A stretch of DNA of 62,600 bases, counting the filler, from Fonticula-like sp. SCN 57-25 (taxonomy: Eukaryota), in assembly GCA_001724245.1 (NCBI GenBank). It is 12 parts of 12 records of this genome, joined end to end, with 100 filler letters (N's around TTAATTAATTAA, not from the genome) between each part and the next. Parts side by side here need not be neighbours in the genome. Positions count along the whole stretch, not along the records: positions 10,334 to 15,383 come from MEDX01000640.1; positions 15,484 to 20,529 come from MEDX01000641.1; positions 20,630 to 25,671 come from MEDX01000642.1; 9 more parts are not named here. One strand, 5' to 3'. Under the pieces are notes generated by a model, which saw only the letters and a program-made list of their open reading frames with translations, was not told the origin of the DNA and did no database searches. The position numbers were made by a program, and so were the translations under genes. Shown here in pieces: positions 12,806 through 25,771 of this stretch (the first letter of the stretch is position 1; the number at the start of each line of letters is the position of its first letter).

Positions 12806-15034
12806 ATGTCGGCCCCGTCGACCCCGCCCGCCGCTGGCTCGGCCAAATCCTCGACGAACCCGTCGCCGTCAGCGGAGCCGTCGTTGCGTCCTTTAGATAA
12901 GAAAAGGCACATCTTTACAGAGCGCCCCTTTGGGCTGGAGATGGGCGTCCGGCGGCAGACCTTGGACGCAGGCGCCCGTCACTCGGCAACCGAAGTCGGA
13001 GGCGACCACTCTCCGGTGGAGCTGCGCACGCGCTCCTTGTCGCTCACAGATGTCAACCGTGAGAGTTTAATGAGCGTGCGTTTCATCTTTGCCCTTTGCT
13101 CTCGTTCTCGTGGTGCGTGGCTGACTCGCCGCATTTTGTTTTCGATTAGCATCACAAAAAGAGTTTTGCGAACCAGAATGAGGACATGCCGGTGGTCGGC
13201 ACAAAAATCGACGAGCATCACGTCAACTACATGCTCATGTATGATATGTTGAGTGGAATCCGTGTAACAGTGCGCGACATCGCTGCCTCATGTACCACAT
13301 CCTGACGCGTTTTATAGTTGTCCCGCTGCCATGCAAAGGCGCCACGCCCCCTCACGCCCTTGGATTTCTCAAGCGCCCACAAGCTGGCCTTTGATATGTA
13401 CGCATGCCCCGTCTTCTTTATATTGTTTGACCGCGCGCTCATTTTCTTCCTCGCGTTCCAGTGCCGGGAATGAGCTTTTGCCGTACTCAAAGTACGATTT
13501 CAAGTTTAAGGATTATGCTCCGTGGGTGTTTAGAAGTCTTCGCGAGTCGTTCAATATCGACGCTGCGGACTACCTGGTCTCTTTAACGGGAAAATACATG
13601 CTCTCGGAGCTTGGCTCGCCCGGGAAAAGCGGCTCGTTCTTTTACTTTTCGGCCGACTATCGTTTCATCATCAAGACAATTAGCCACACGGAGCACAAGT
13701 TTTTCCGCAAAATTCTGCGCGACTACCACGACGTACGTTTCACTTTGATATCCCGCTCGCTGCTCACGGTTCTTGGCGTCTGCAGTACGTTCGGAGCCAA
13801 CCCAATACGCTCCTTGCGCGCTTTTACGGCCTGTACCGCGTCAAGCTGCCGCACGGCCGCAAGGTCCACTTTGTCGTAATGGGCAACGTCTTCCCGCCAA
13901 ACAGGGACATTCACGAGACGTACGACCTGAAGGGCTCGACCGTCGGGCGCTACAGCGAGCCCAAGCCGGACGGGACGATGCGCGTCATGAAGGACCTTAA
14001 CTTTTTGGAGCGGCACAAGAAGCTGCGGCTGGGTCCGGAGAAGCGCAAGCTCTTTTTGGAGCAGATCGAAAAGGACGCGCACTTTCTCGCGAACCACAAT
14101 ATCATGGACTATAGCCTGCTGCTCGGCATCCACGACCTTACGCGAGGCAACACAGAGGACATCCGTAATCGCCAGCTGTCCATTTTTGAGGTGCGCCGCC
14201 GCTCAACCAATATTTTTGCGGCCACTGACCGTCATTTTGCAGCCGAACCGCGTCGCATCGGCGGTCAAGGACACGGTGACAAAGACGCAGCGCAAGGCGC
14301 TGAAAAAGGCCATCAAGGGCGGCGAGGCGGTCGGCCTCGAGTCCACTTCGACGCGCCTCTCCGAAAGCTCGCCTGAAGAGTACGCTTACTGATTTTGGTT
14401 GATTCTTGATGCTTACGTTGTTTTTCACAGGCGCAAGGGCTGCATTTTCTACCAGGACGACGGCGGCTTTATCGCGACTGACAAGAATGACCAGGAGCTG
14501 AATGAGATCTACCACATGGGCGTGATTGACATTCTGACGCCGTTCAACTGGCTCAAGCGTGTGGAGAACAAGGTCCGCTCGATGCAGCACGACCCTGAAA
14601 AGATCTCGGCGGTGGAGCCGCGCCTGTACGCGTCCCGCTTTGTGAGCTTCCTCGTCGACGGCGTTGCGGCGCACGTGACGACGCCGCGCAACAAGCGCAA
14701 GGACAGCAAGGGGCGCTCGGAGAGCAGCGACTCGATGCCCGACATTCCCCTTTCCGTCCTGCCGACGTCCCAGGTATCCATCCCGTCGGCGTCGTCGCAG
14801 CTATCTGTGCGGTCATCAGAGGCGCTTCCCAAAGCCGCCGCCGCTGCGGATGCCGACAACAATGCCCCTGCTGCTCCTGCTGCTGCCGTACACAATGACG
14901 CGACACAGACCGACGAGAGCACGCCGACAATCACCTCGCGAGTCGCTGACGCGGTGCCGTCCGAGGCGGCGCCGACGCAAAACGAGAATGAATCGCTAGA
15001 CGCGGTGCCGAGTGTACTGACATTAACAGTTTAA
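12806..15034 (+). CDS. MSS4: Phosphatidylinositol-4-phosphate 5-kinase, fungal Mss4-type; multi-exon
   Basis: [89 protein letters not shown]. Confidence 0.93.
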
Positions 15035-15319
15035 ATGAGCGCCGCCTTTTTGTTTCTTACACCTTTTTAATGATTTCGTCAAGTGCCTTGCACGGCTATA
15101 CATACACGGGGGTCAATCTGCTTATTCGCGTGTCGCGCGTTCCGTATTATTTTCCATGTCAGCATGTACTCATCTCTTTTGCTATATTTCCCCAACAATG
15201 ACGGCAATGTCTTTTGATCAACTGTGTGCGTCCAATTTAAGAAACTTTGTCTATTTATTAGAGCGTCCTATTAGACAGAAATTTCTGTCCACAAACTATC
15301 TACACTTTGATTTGCCTCC

Positions 15320-15383
15320 CTACATGTACATGTCGTCGTAGTGCGGGCCCGGCGGCTCCATGTGGTCCGGGTCCGGATCCCCG
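15320..15383 (-). CDS. PSMF1: 3' end of proteasome regulator PI31 (PSMF1-like)
   Basis: Translates as GDPDPDHMEPPGPHYDDMYM*, matching the PI31 C-terminus (PDH..PPG..DDMYx, HbYX motif). Not in ORF track. Confidence 0.75.
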
Positions 15384-15483
15384 NNNNNNNNNNNNNNNNN
15401 NNNNNNNNNNNNNNNNNNNNNNNNNNNTTAATTAATTAANNNNNNNNNNNNNNNNNNNNNNNNNNNNNNNNNNNNNNNNNNNN

Positions 15484-15837
15484 CGCAATGTCTTCCACGT
15501 GGACCAGTCGCTCTTCACCGGGTGGACCATCTTTGCGCTCGGCGTCGCGCAGGTCGCTGTTCTCCTCCTCCAGGAGGTGCTCGGCCCGCGGTTCTCCCTC
15601 CTCTCTGGCTCGTCCGCGTCCTCGTACCAGTACCGGCGAAAGGGGATTGTCGACCCCGAGGCGACCCTTCCGGCCATCCGCGACTCCAACTGCGTCGTGT
15701 GCCTCGCAGACGTCAACGTGAGGGAGGACTACATGCTCACGCCGTGCAACCACATTTTCCACCCGGCGTGCCTCGAGCAGTGCATGCGGTACCGGTTAGA
15801 GTGTCCAACATGCCGAGCGCCCTTGCCCGAGATGTAG
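15484..15837 (+). CDS. 3' end of a membrane-bound RING-H2 E3 ligase (Tul1/Dsc1-like)
   Basis: TM helix with QVAVLLLQEVLGPRF, then CVVC..YMLTPCNHIFHPACLEQ..LECPTCRAPLP. Confidence 0.8.
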   Translation, partial: RNVFHVDQSLFTGWTIFALGVAQVAVLLLQEVLGPRFSLLSGSSASSYQYRRKGIVDPEATLPAIRDSNCVVCLADVNVREDYMLTPCNHIFHPACLEQCMRYRLECPTCRAPLPEM

Positions 15838-16112
15838 CACGGCGCTCATTTTAGTGTTTTATTTGTAAATAGTCTCGCGTATTGTACCTTTCCAACACAT
15901 GTTTTGGGGCATTTTTGTAACACTTCATTGGTTGCAATCCAAAAATAACATAACTAAACCTAAGAAGAATGAACAAAAGTGTACGACAGCAAGTTCCTTA
16001 ATTGCAGATCAGAAAAAAAGCACGCGGTGCTTCTCGCTTTCGCAGAGGCCTAACGACCCTGCAAACGAGACACGCCAATATCGCACAATCACATAGATGA
16101 ATCAACCCACAC

Positions 16113-18032
<1,920 letters not shown>

Positions 18033-18196
18033 TTGTGCTCTGTCTACCTGCCGCTTAGGCCTTTGGCTGCCAAGAAGCGTTCTGCAAAAGGACGACGACA
18101 AGAGCCGAAAGTCTGCTGCGCTGACCTGGCGGGGCCGACGAAACGGATTTGATGACCATCAACAAAAATCGCCGCTCATGGTCGTCAGTGTAGAAA

Positions 18197-18206
18197 GCGC
18201 GGGAAA
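18197..18206. promoter_or_regulatory. E2F-consensus motif (GCGCGGGAAA) in the short divergent DYRK/DNA2 intergenic region
   Basis: Reverse complement TTTCCCGCGC matches TTTSSCGC and lies directly before the probable DNA2 ATG. Function is inferred. Confidence 0.4.
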
Positions 18207-18207
18207 T

Positions 18208-20529
18208 ATGAAAGGGGTCGGTGGCGGCGGCGGTGCGGGCGGCCGCGCTGGCGACGCCGGGAAGAACCCGTGGCCGACGCTACAGGCGTTTCTGTCAAAG
18301 GCGAGGACGACAGCGAGTTCAGTAGAGGAGAAGGCCGAGGACGTGAAAGATCCGGGGGATGTGGCAAGAAAGGACGCGGAATCGAGGCAGGCAAAGCAGA
18401 ACCCGTTTCGCGTTGTCAAGCGCTCGCGATCGCCCGAGCCTGATCCGCACGGGGACACTGCTCATGGGCAAGGGGGCAGTCAAGACAAGTCACAGTCCGC
18501 CTCTCAAAAGTCGACCAGTTTTGCCAAGCACGAGCTGAAGGGGCTCACGTCAGCAGACTTTAACTTTACGCTGACGCCCGACGACGACGCCATCCCGGCC
18601 GCAACGCCGCAGGCCGTCCCCGCCAAGGCGCCATTAGTTGAACAAGCGCCGCCGGTTATCACCGAACCAAAGGAGGCGGTTGCACCGGAAGATCCGCTTG
18701 ATCTGTTCGAGTTGGACGACTCTCTCCTCAGTGACGATATTCCTCCCGAGGAGCCAACCCGGCGGCTCATTGCCGGCACCTCTGCTTTGCGATACGAGCG
18801 ATTCCTGGTGCTGCAGGTACAGTACGGGGAAGGCACGGGGCAATTCCGCGAAAAGGTTCTTCGGCTATTTCAGGAAGCATCGCAGCGCGAGTCGATCGTG
18901 TACCTTCGCGGCGACTGGTACAATGTCCCTGTCCAGGTGGGCGACAGCGTGCACGTCGTCGGTGTGTTTAGCCAAGGGCGATGCGTCATTGACAATGCCA
19001 ACAATCTACTAATCCATCATCCGGACACGCTTGTAACGAGTAAACTCCTTTCCGAGTCATTCTCCTGCTTGCGGCGAACGGTCGTCAACGAACGGTTCCG
19101 GTTTCAGACGACCATGCCTGCTCTTGTCGTGCTCGGTTCAATCGTGCGCACATAGAATTATTTTTGGTTGCCATTAACCCTTTCTGTCAGTTTCACGATC
19201 TTGTCGAAGTGGCGCTCGCCCACGGTGACTTTAGCGAGGAATTTCTGAACCGCAACATTGAAGAGATGCTGGTGAGACACATTGAGGGTCTCGCGCTGGC
19301 GGACAAGCACGAGGAGGATGCGCGGATTCATCTACGCGAGCACTTGCCCGCCATCCGCAACTGGGCAGGCGCCTTCTTGGGCGACGTTCCGAACGTGCGG
19401 CGTCGCTGCCGTGCCTCAGCGTGACTGACGACTGGCGCTAGGCTGCCCTTCAAGTGGACCGCAACGTCGCCGACGCGGCTATCCATACGACCGCGTGTGC
19501 CACGCGAATTGTAGATATCGAGGAGAATGTGTGGTCGCCCGCGTTTGGCATCAAAGGCAAAATCGACGCGACGGTCGAAATCAAGGTGCGCCGCAGCTGA
19601 TGCCTCGCGGCCTCCTAACCCTTTTCTAGATTCACCGCAAGCGTGTCGGTGCTGCACCCATCCCGGACGAGGTTGTACTTGCGCCGCTCGAGTTCAAAAG
19701 CGGCCGCGCGGAACAAACGTCCGCTCACCGCGCGCAGGTGATCCTCTACTGCTTGCTCATGTCGGAGCGCTACGGTGCGCTTCTACCTCGCCGTGTACCG
19801 CTCTCTGACTCACCCGTGAAGGAACCGATATTGAGAATGGCCTTTTGTGCTACTTAAAGTCAGGGGCGACCCACCTTGTCCCGCTATTGTGGCCCGAGTT
19901 GCGCGCCATTGTGATGCAGCGGAACCGCGTGGCGGCCTCGTTGACCCCCCGCACGCCGCTGCCCGACATGCTGCGCAGCCCGCAGCAGTGCGAGCGCTGC
20001 AGCGTAGCGGACGCGTGCATGCTGCTGCACCGCGCACTGGAGAACGGGACAGCGCAGAGCAGCGGCGCGGCGACACTCTTTGACTCGCGTGCTGGTCACT
20101 TGACACAGACGCAGATGGACTTTATCAACCACTGGATCCAGCTGATTGACCTCGAGCAGGGCGACATGACGCGCCTTCGAAAGGAGATTTGGTGCATGTC
20201 GGCGCCCGACAGGGAGGCGATGGGCACGTGCATTGGAAGCCTCGTCGCCTGCGAGACGCCGAGCCTCACCCCGAGCGCCGGCAACCACCACGTCATTGCG
20301 TTCAAGCGCGTCGCGCAGAGCCAACAGCCCGTGTCGAAGCGCGGCTCGGCTGCTCAGATGGTCGTGGTACGTATTGATAAAGCTATAAAATAATGTATCT
20401 CATGCTGCTCTTGTAGGGCGACCCGATCGTCGTATCGTCAGAGCACGGCCATTTTGCTTTGGCCGTCGGTTTTGTGCGCGAGCTCGGCGTCGAGACGGTT
20501 TCCGTCACGGTCGACCGGCCGCTGCGCTC
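18208..20529 (+). CDS. DNA2: DNA2 nuclease/helicase; multi-exon, 3' truncated
   Basis: [71 protein letters not shown] (Fe-S cysteines), WIQLIDLE. Confidence 0.92.
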
Positions 20530-22031
20530 NNNNNNNNNNNNNNNNNNNNNNNNNNNNNNNNNNNNNNNNNNNNTTAATTAATTAANNNNNNNNNNNNNNN
20601 NNNNNNNNNNNNNNNNNNNNNNNNNNNNNGATGCGGCAGCACCATCGCTGCCTCCTCTGCCTTACTGAACTGCGCCAAGCTCAAGGAAGATGTCAACGAC
20701 ATTCTCATCCCGTTTATCTAAGGCGGCGTGCCCTTATACCAACACGCCCTAAGTTCTGTGGAAGTCGGCCTGTCACTCGCTCTTGCGTCCCTTCGCCGCC
20801 CTCGTCCAGTCATCGGCTTCCATGAGAATTCTTATTGCTGGACCGGGCGCCGTCACAAGTTTTGTTTGCTTGTTCCCATTTGAATTCCGTTTGCTTTGTT
20901 GTGGAGCGCAAAACATCGGAGCTCGCCTTTTAAATAGGCCGTGCGCTCGTTTTTGAACCTGATGCGGATGCAGATCTTGACTGATGTTATCTTGACTGAT
21001 GTTTACTCTTTTTTATATGTGCGGCTACTGTGGAGCTTGTTCCTTGCATTGCGCACTGTATAATACAACATTTTATATTATCCTATTCTCGTGGCTCTAG
21101 TATACTGCACTCTTCTTTGAAATGTTGCATTGCACGGCATGGGTGCCATATAGTTTGAAGTCTATTCCCCGCTCAATTACCTTAAATCAAAAGTGAATAC
21201 AAAGCATGACATTGTGCTGTGCAAGTATGTGACACTACCATTCATGATTCATCGGGGCTGGGCACATGCTCCCGTATGACGTTATGCGCCGTTCGAAACA
21301 GGACACTCCTCCCCCCCTGCGGTCCCCCTTTTCCATTGTAGCGCTACGACCTGAATCGCCATGTCAAGGAACCAAATTATCTCTCCGTGTCCTTCAATCC
21401 TCTCTATTACATTAGTCTCGTTGGAAGCCTGGAGGCTGGGGCGCGCCACCTGTGGATGCGCAAACCGCGGCCGGCGGGTGGCGAAAAAGGGTGCCCAATG
21501 CGGCGCGATTGCCAGGAATAGACTAGTTACACAACACATAATCGTAGCTCGTAGCTCAAACTATCGAATGCCTTACGTCAGCAGGCCATGAGTGGCATAC
21601 CGCGCTCGGCATGCCGCTGTAAATTTTACATCACTAACCATCGATGCTAGAGAACGCTCAAGCAGCTCAGGAAGTAGCCCCCGCTGCCCCGTCCCAAAAA
21701 AATAACCAAGGGAAAAAATAAACATCATTTGAGCTTTACTATAGTTGGCAACTTTATACTGTGTCACGGACTCGCGGCGCGGGCCGCGCGGCGCGGTGGC
21801 CGACTGGCCGTGACTTGCGTCCGATGTCGGTCAGTTTCAAACCAACATCAACTTTTTTTTTGTTTTGTTTTTTTGAAGGTTTTTTGACACCTGTCGATCC
21901 TGTCGGGCTGTCAGTTTGCCTCGAGCTCTTTCCAAGTTCTGTTTTCAACCTTTTCAACGTAGGAAGAGTGCGAAAGAGGAGCAAATTGTGTGGCCTGTGT
22001 TGTACCCTGTTGCAACCTGATTTCTGAGTTG

Positions 22032-24384
22032 ATGGCAGATCAGATTGAAAATTCGGAAGATCCCCACGGTGCGCGCACTTGGCCACTTGCTGTTCTGCCC
22101 CATCGTCGTGGACTAACCCTGTGAATATCAATTAGTGGCTTTGACGCGTTTGTGCGAGGCTGCCAGGAACGGCGTCGTCGAGGAGGTGAGGCATCATGCG
22201 GACCTTGTAAACAATGTGAATGAGTTGTGCGCGTTGTCTTTTCAAGCCGATTGGTCCGCTGCAGCGCTTCATTACGCTGCTGGCGCTGGGCATGTGGAAG
22301 CGGTGAAGATGATTTGTGAGTTGCCAGGAGTCGATCTCAATCAACTCGACAGCAACCGTAAGACGCCGCTTGTCGTGGCGGCTGGTAACGGGCACCATGC
22401 GGTGGTGGAGGCTCTCTTGGCTGAGTCGCGCGCGGATCCCAATCTGGCTCAATCGGCCGTTTCAACTCCACTCATTGCAGCCGCTGTAGGTGGCCATCTA
22501 GACGCCGTTCGCGTGCTTCTTGGTGACGCGCGTGTAGAGGCCAACCAGGCGCGTGATGACGGTGCTACACCGCTTTTCATGGCTGCTCATGAGGGGCGCA
22601 CGGATGTCGTTCGCATGCTTTTGGATGATTCGCGCGTGAACCCCAACAAGGTGATGAGCAATAGGGGGACACCGCTTGTCGCCGCCGCTCAAAACGGGCA
22701 CGCGGATGTTGTTCGATTGCTTCTCGGCAACCCGCAAGTGGATCCAAATCTGGCAGAATTTGGTTTTACACCACTTTTCTGGGCCGCACATAACGAGCAC
22801 GCCGATGCCGTTCGCATGCTTTTGGATGATTCGCGCGTGAACCCCAACATGGCGCCGAACTCAGGGAGCACACCGCTTCACATGGCCGTTAAAAATGGGC
22901 GCGCAGATATTGTTAGATTGCTTCTCGACAACACGCAAGTGGATCCCAATCTGACAGATTATTGTGGTACACCGCTTCTCATGGCCGTTGAAGACGGGCA
23001 CGCGGATGTCGCTCGCATTCTTTTGGATGATTCGCGCGTGAACCCCAACGAGGCGCCGAAAAAAGAAAGGAGCACACCGCTTCTCATCGCCGCTCAAAAT
23101 GGGCGCGCGGATATTGTTAGATTGCTTCTCGACAACCCGCAGGTGGATCCAAATCAGGCAAATGTATATAATTCTACACCGCTTTTCGAGGCAGCTCGAA
23201 GCGGGCACGCGGATGTCGCTCGCATTCTTTTGGATGATTCGCGCGTGAATTCCAACAAGGCGGTGAATGAAAGCAGGACACCGCTTTTCATCGCCGCTCA
23301 AAAGGGGCGCGCGGATATTGTTAGACTGCTTCTCGACAACCCGCAAGTGGATCCAAATCTGGCAGATATGAACTATGCTACACCGCTTTTCACAGCCGCT
23401 CAAAACGGGCTCGTGGATGTTGTTCGCTTGCTTCTCGACAACCCGCAAGTGGATCCAAATCTGGCAAATTTTAACGATGCTACACCGCTTTTCGTGGCCG
23501 CTCGAAACAGGCACGCGGATGTTGTTCGATTGCTTTTGGATGATTCGCGCGTGAACCCCAACAAGGCGATTAAGTCAAGGAGCACACCGCTTTTCATGGC
23601 CGCTTCAAACGGACACGCGAGTGTTGTTAGATTGCTTCTCGACAACTCGCAGGTGGATCCAAACCTGGCGCGTGATGACGGTGCTTCGCCGCTATTCGCG
23701 GCTGCTCAAAACGGGCACGCGGATGTTGTTCGATTGCTACTCGACAACCCGCGAGTGGATCCAAGCTTGGCGGCAGACGATGGTGCTTCACCGCTTTTCA
23801 TGGCCGCTCAAGAAGGGTATGTGGATGTCGTTCGCATGCTTTTGGATGAATCGCGCGTGAACCCCAACAAGGCGATGGATGATGGGAGGACACCGCTTTT
23901 CATGGCCGCTCAAGAGGGGCATGCCGATACTGTTCGATTGCTTTTTGAGAATCCTCAAGTGGACCTCAACCAGGCAGCTAATAACTGTGCCACGCCGCTT
24001 TTGGTGGCCGTTGAATTGGGACACGTCGATGTAGTGCGCCTGCTTTTAGGCGATCCGCGCTTGAATCCCAACCAGGCTAGAAATGATGGTGCTACACCGC
24101 TTACCCTGGCTAACGGCAAGGCCGACATAGAACGCCTGCTTTTAAGTGATCCGCGCATAGACGTTAATTTTGTTGGGGCTCCTACGGCTGAAGTGCTCAA
24201 GAAGCCTATCGCTGAAGTGCTCAAGAAGCCTTGTCCCGAATTCGAGTTTGTTACAGTAGAGAGTTGGCGAAAACAAGCGACATCAGCAAAATCGCGCGCG
24301 AAACAATGCGAACGTGGATGTGATGCAATACCGGCTTCTCGTAAAGACAAATGTTCCGAATGTACCTGTGGATGTCGACCCTGA
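22032..24384 (+). CDS. Ankyrin-repeat protein (about 18-19 repeats) with short Cys-rich tail
   Basis: Short first exon (ATG 22032, intron 22069-22135 with CTAAC branch point), then repeated TPLFxAAxxGHADVVRLLL units. Confidence 0.93.
22450..24170 (+). repeat. ~99-105 bp coding tandem repeats of two mostly alternating types (LLDDSRVNPN / LLDNPQVDPN)
   Basis: Near-identical DNA blocks such as TTGGATGATTCGCGCGTGAACCCCAAC and CTTCTCGACAACCCGCAAGTGGATCCAAAT recur many times. Confidence 0.9.
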
Positions 24385-24641
24385 TGTCGTCGACAAATCT
24401 GGCGTTGCCCACAGCATCTCTCTCCCAAAACACGCGAAACACGCGCCGCAGACTCCAGCTCTGCAGCGCCATTCTTGGATACTTCGATCTGATTGGCCGC
24501 CATCGTTTCTGATCATGATCACGATCAAGATCATGCTCATCAAATTTGACCGTACCATCTGCCATCATCATGTCACCATGGGGCGCCGCCTGAGTGCATC
24601 CGCGACGAAGCACGCACCTCAAGGCCCGAGCGCAAGGAAGC

Positions 24642-25671
24642 ATGGACACGGGTGCGTTGACAAGGGAGGAGGTGCTTCGACGGCTTGAAATTGTCGAGCG
24701 GGAGAATAAGGCCATACAAGAGCAATTTGATGCTCTTGGTACGCATCGCTGCCGATTCGCTGGACGTTGCCGTTTGCTCACATATACGCCGGTAGTTGTC
24801 TCGGCTCTGAAGGAGAGGAAGGCCGAACAAGAGCAGTTTGATGCTCTTGGTACGCATCGCTGCCGATTCGCTGGACGTTGCCGTTTGCTCACGTGTACGC
24901 CGGTAGCTTCCTCGATTCTGAACGAGAAGAATGCCACACAAGAGCAATTTGAAGCTCTTGGTACGCATCGCTGCGACATTGCCGTTTGCTCACGTGTACG
25001 CCGGTAGCTTCCTTGCTTCTGAACGAGACGAAGGCCGCGCAAGAGCGACTTGAAGCTATTGGTACGCGTCGCCGCCGATTCGCTGGACGTGGCCTTTTAC
25101 TCACCAGTACGCCGGTAGCTGTCTCGGTTCTGGACGGGCTACCGAAACTCGGACAGCAGACCTACTCGAAATCCAACGCATCCGTCAATACGGCACACGC
25201 CACTGCGATGATCCGAGAACGCACCTTCAATCTGCTGGGAGAGGATCAGTACACGGTCCATCGCACGGATATGTCGAGGATTTGGACCGACGCTAAGGGC
25301 CGCCAGACCAGTCTCGAGTACTCCACTGAGGTTATCCAGTTTGTGCAATATGTGCTGCGTGATTTTGTCGACGCCCTTCCCGCGCTGCGCAGCAAGCATG
25401 TGCGTGTTGCGCCGCAGTTCAGTGCCTTTGGGGCGAGAACCAACATGCTGGTGCTGACGTCCGTCGGCGTTCCTGTTGGCGTGGTGGCGGTCAACATACC
25501 TCATAAAGGCATCCTGCACAGCGAGGGGGTGGCCGTGCAGCTGTTGGACTACATGAAGCAGATGCGGTCGTTTTATGGGCTGCGCGACGTGTTTGGCATT
25601 GCGACCACGTATGAGGAGTGGCGCGTGTTCTGGCTCCAGGACTGCGACGAAGCGGCCAAGAACACTGTGGT
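24642..25671 (+). CDS. Crinkler-like protein: repeated helical N-terminus plus degenerate restriction-endonuclease-like domain; 3' truncated
   Basis: YSTEVIQFVQYVLRD, VPVGVVAVNIP, QLLDYMKQMRSFYG..VFGIATTYEEWRVFWL recall PD-(D/E)xK domains of protist CRN-type proteins. Four GT-AG introns at the 5' end. Confidence 0.6.
24700..25135 (+). repeat. Four tandem ~111-bp units, each a 54-nt exon plus a 57-nt intron
   Basis: GTACGC...CCGGTAG introns at 24739-24795, 24850-24906, 24961-25007 and 25062-25118, separated by 54-nt segments. Confidence 0.9.
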
Positions 25672-25771
25672 NNNNNNNNNNNNNNNNNNNNNNNNNNNNN
25701 NNNNNNNNNNNNNNNTTAATTAATTAANNNNNNNNNNNNNNNNNNNNNNNNNNNNNNNNNNNNNNNNNNNN

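Noticed and set aside
20630-22030. Possible ncRNA or gene upstream of the ankyrin gene (GTTCGAAAC near 21291)
   Set aside because: No tRNA fold or convincing ORF could be built.
24700-25135. Repeat/spacer-like pattern suggesting CRISPR
   Set aside because: The intervening segments are homologous coding exons, the repeats are GT-AG introns, and there are no cas genes.
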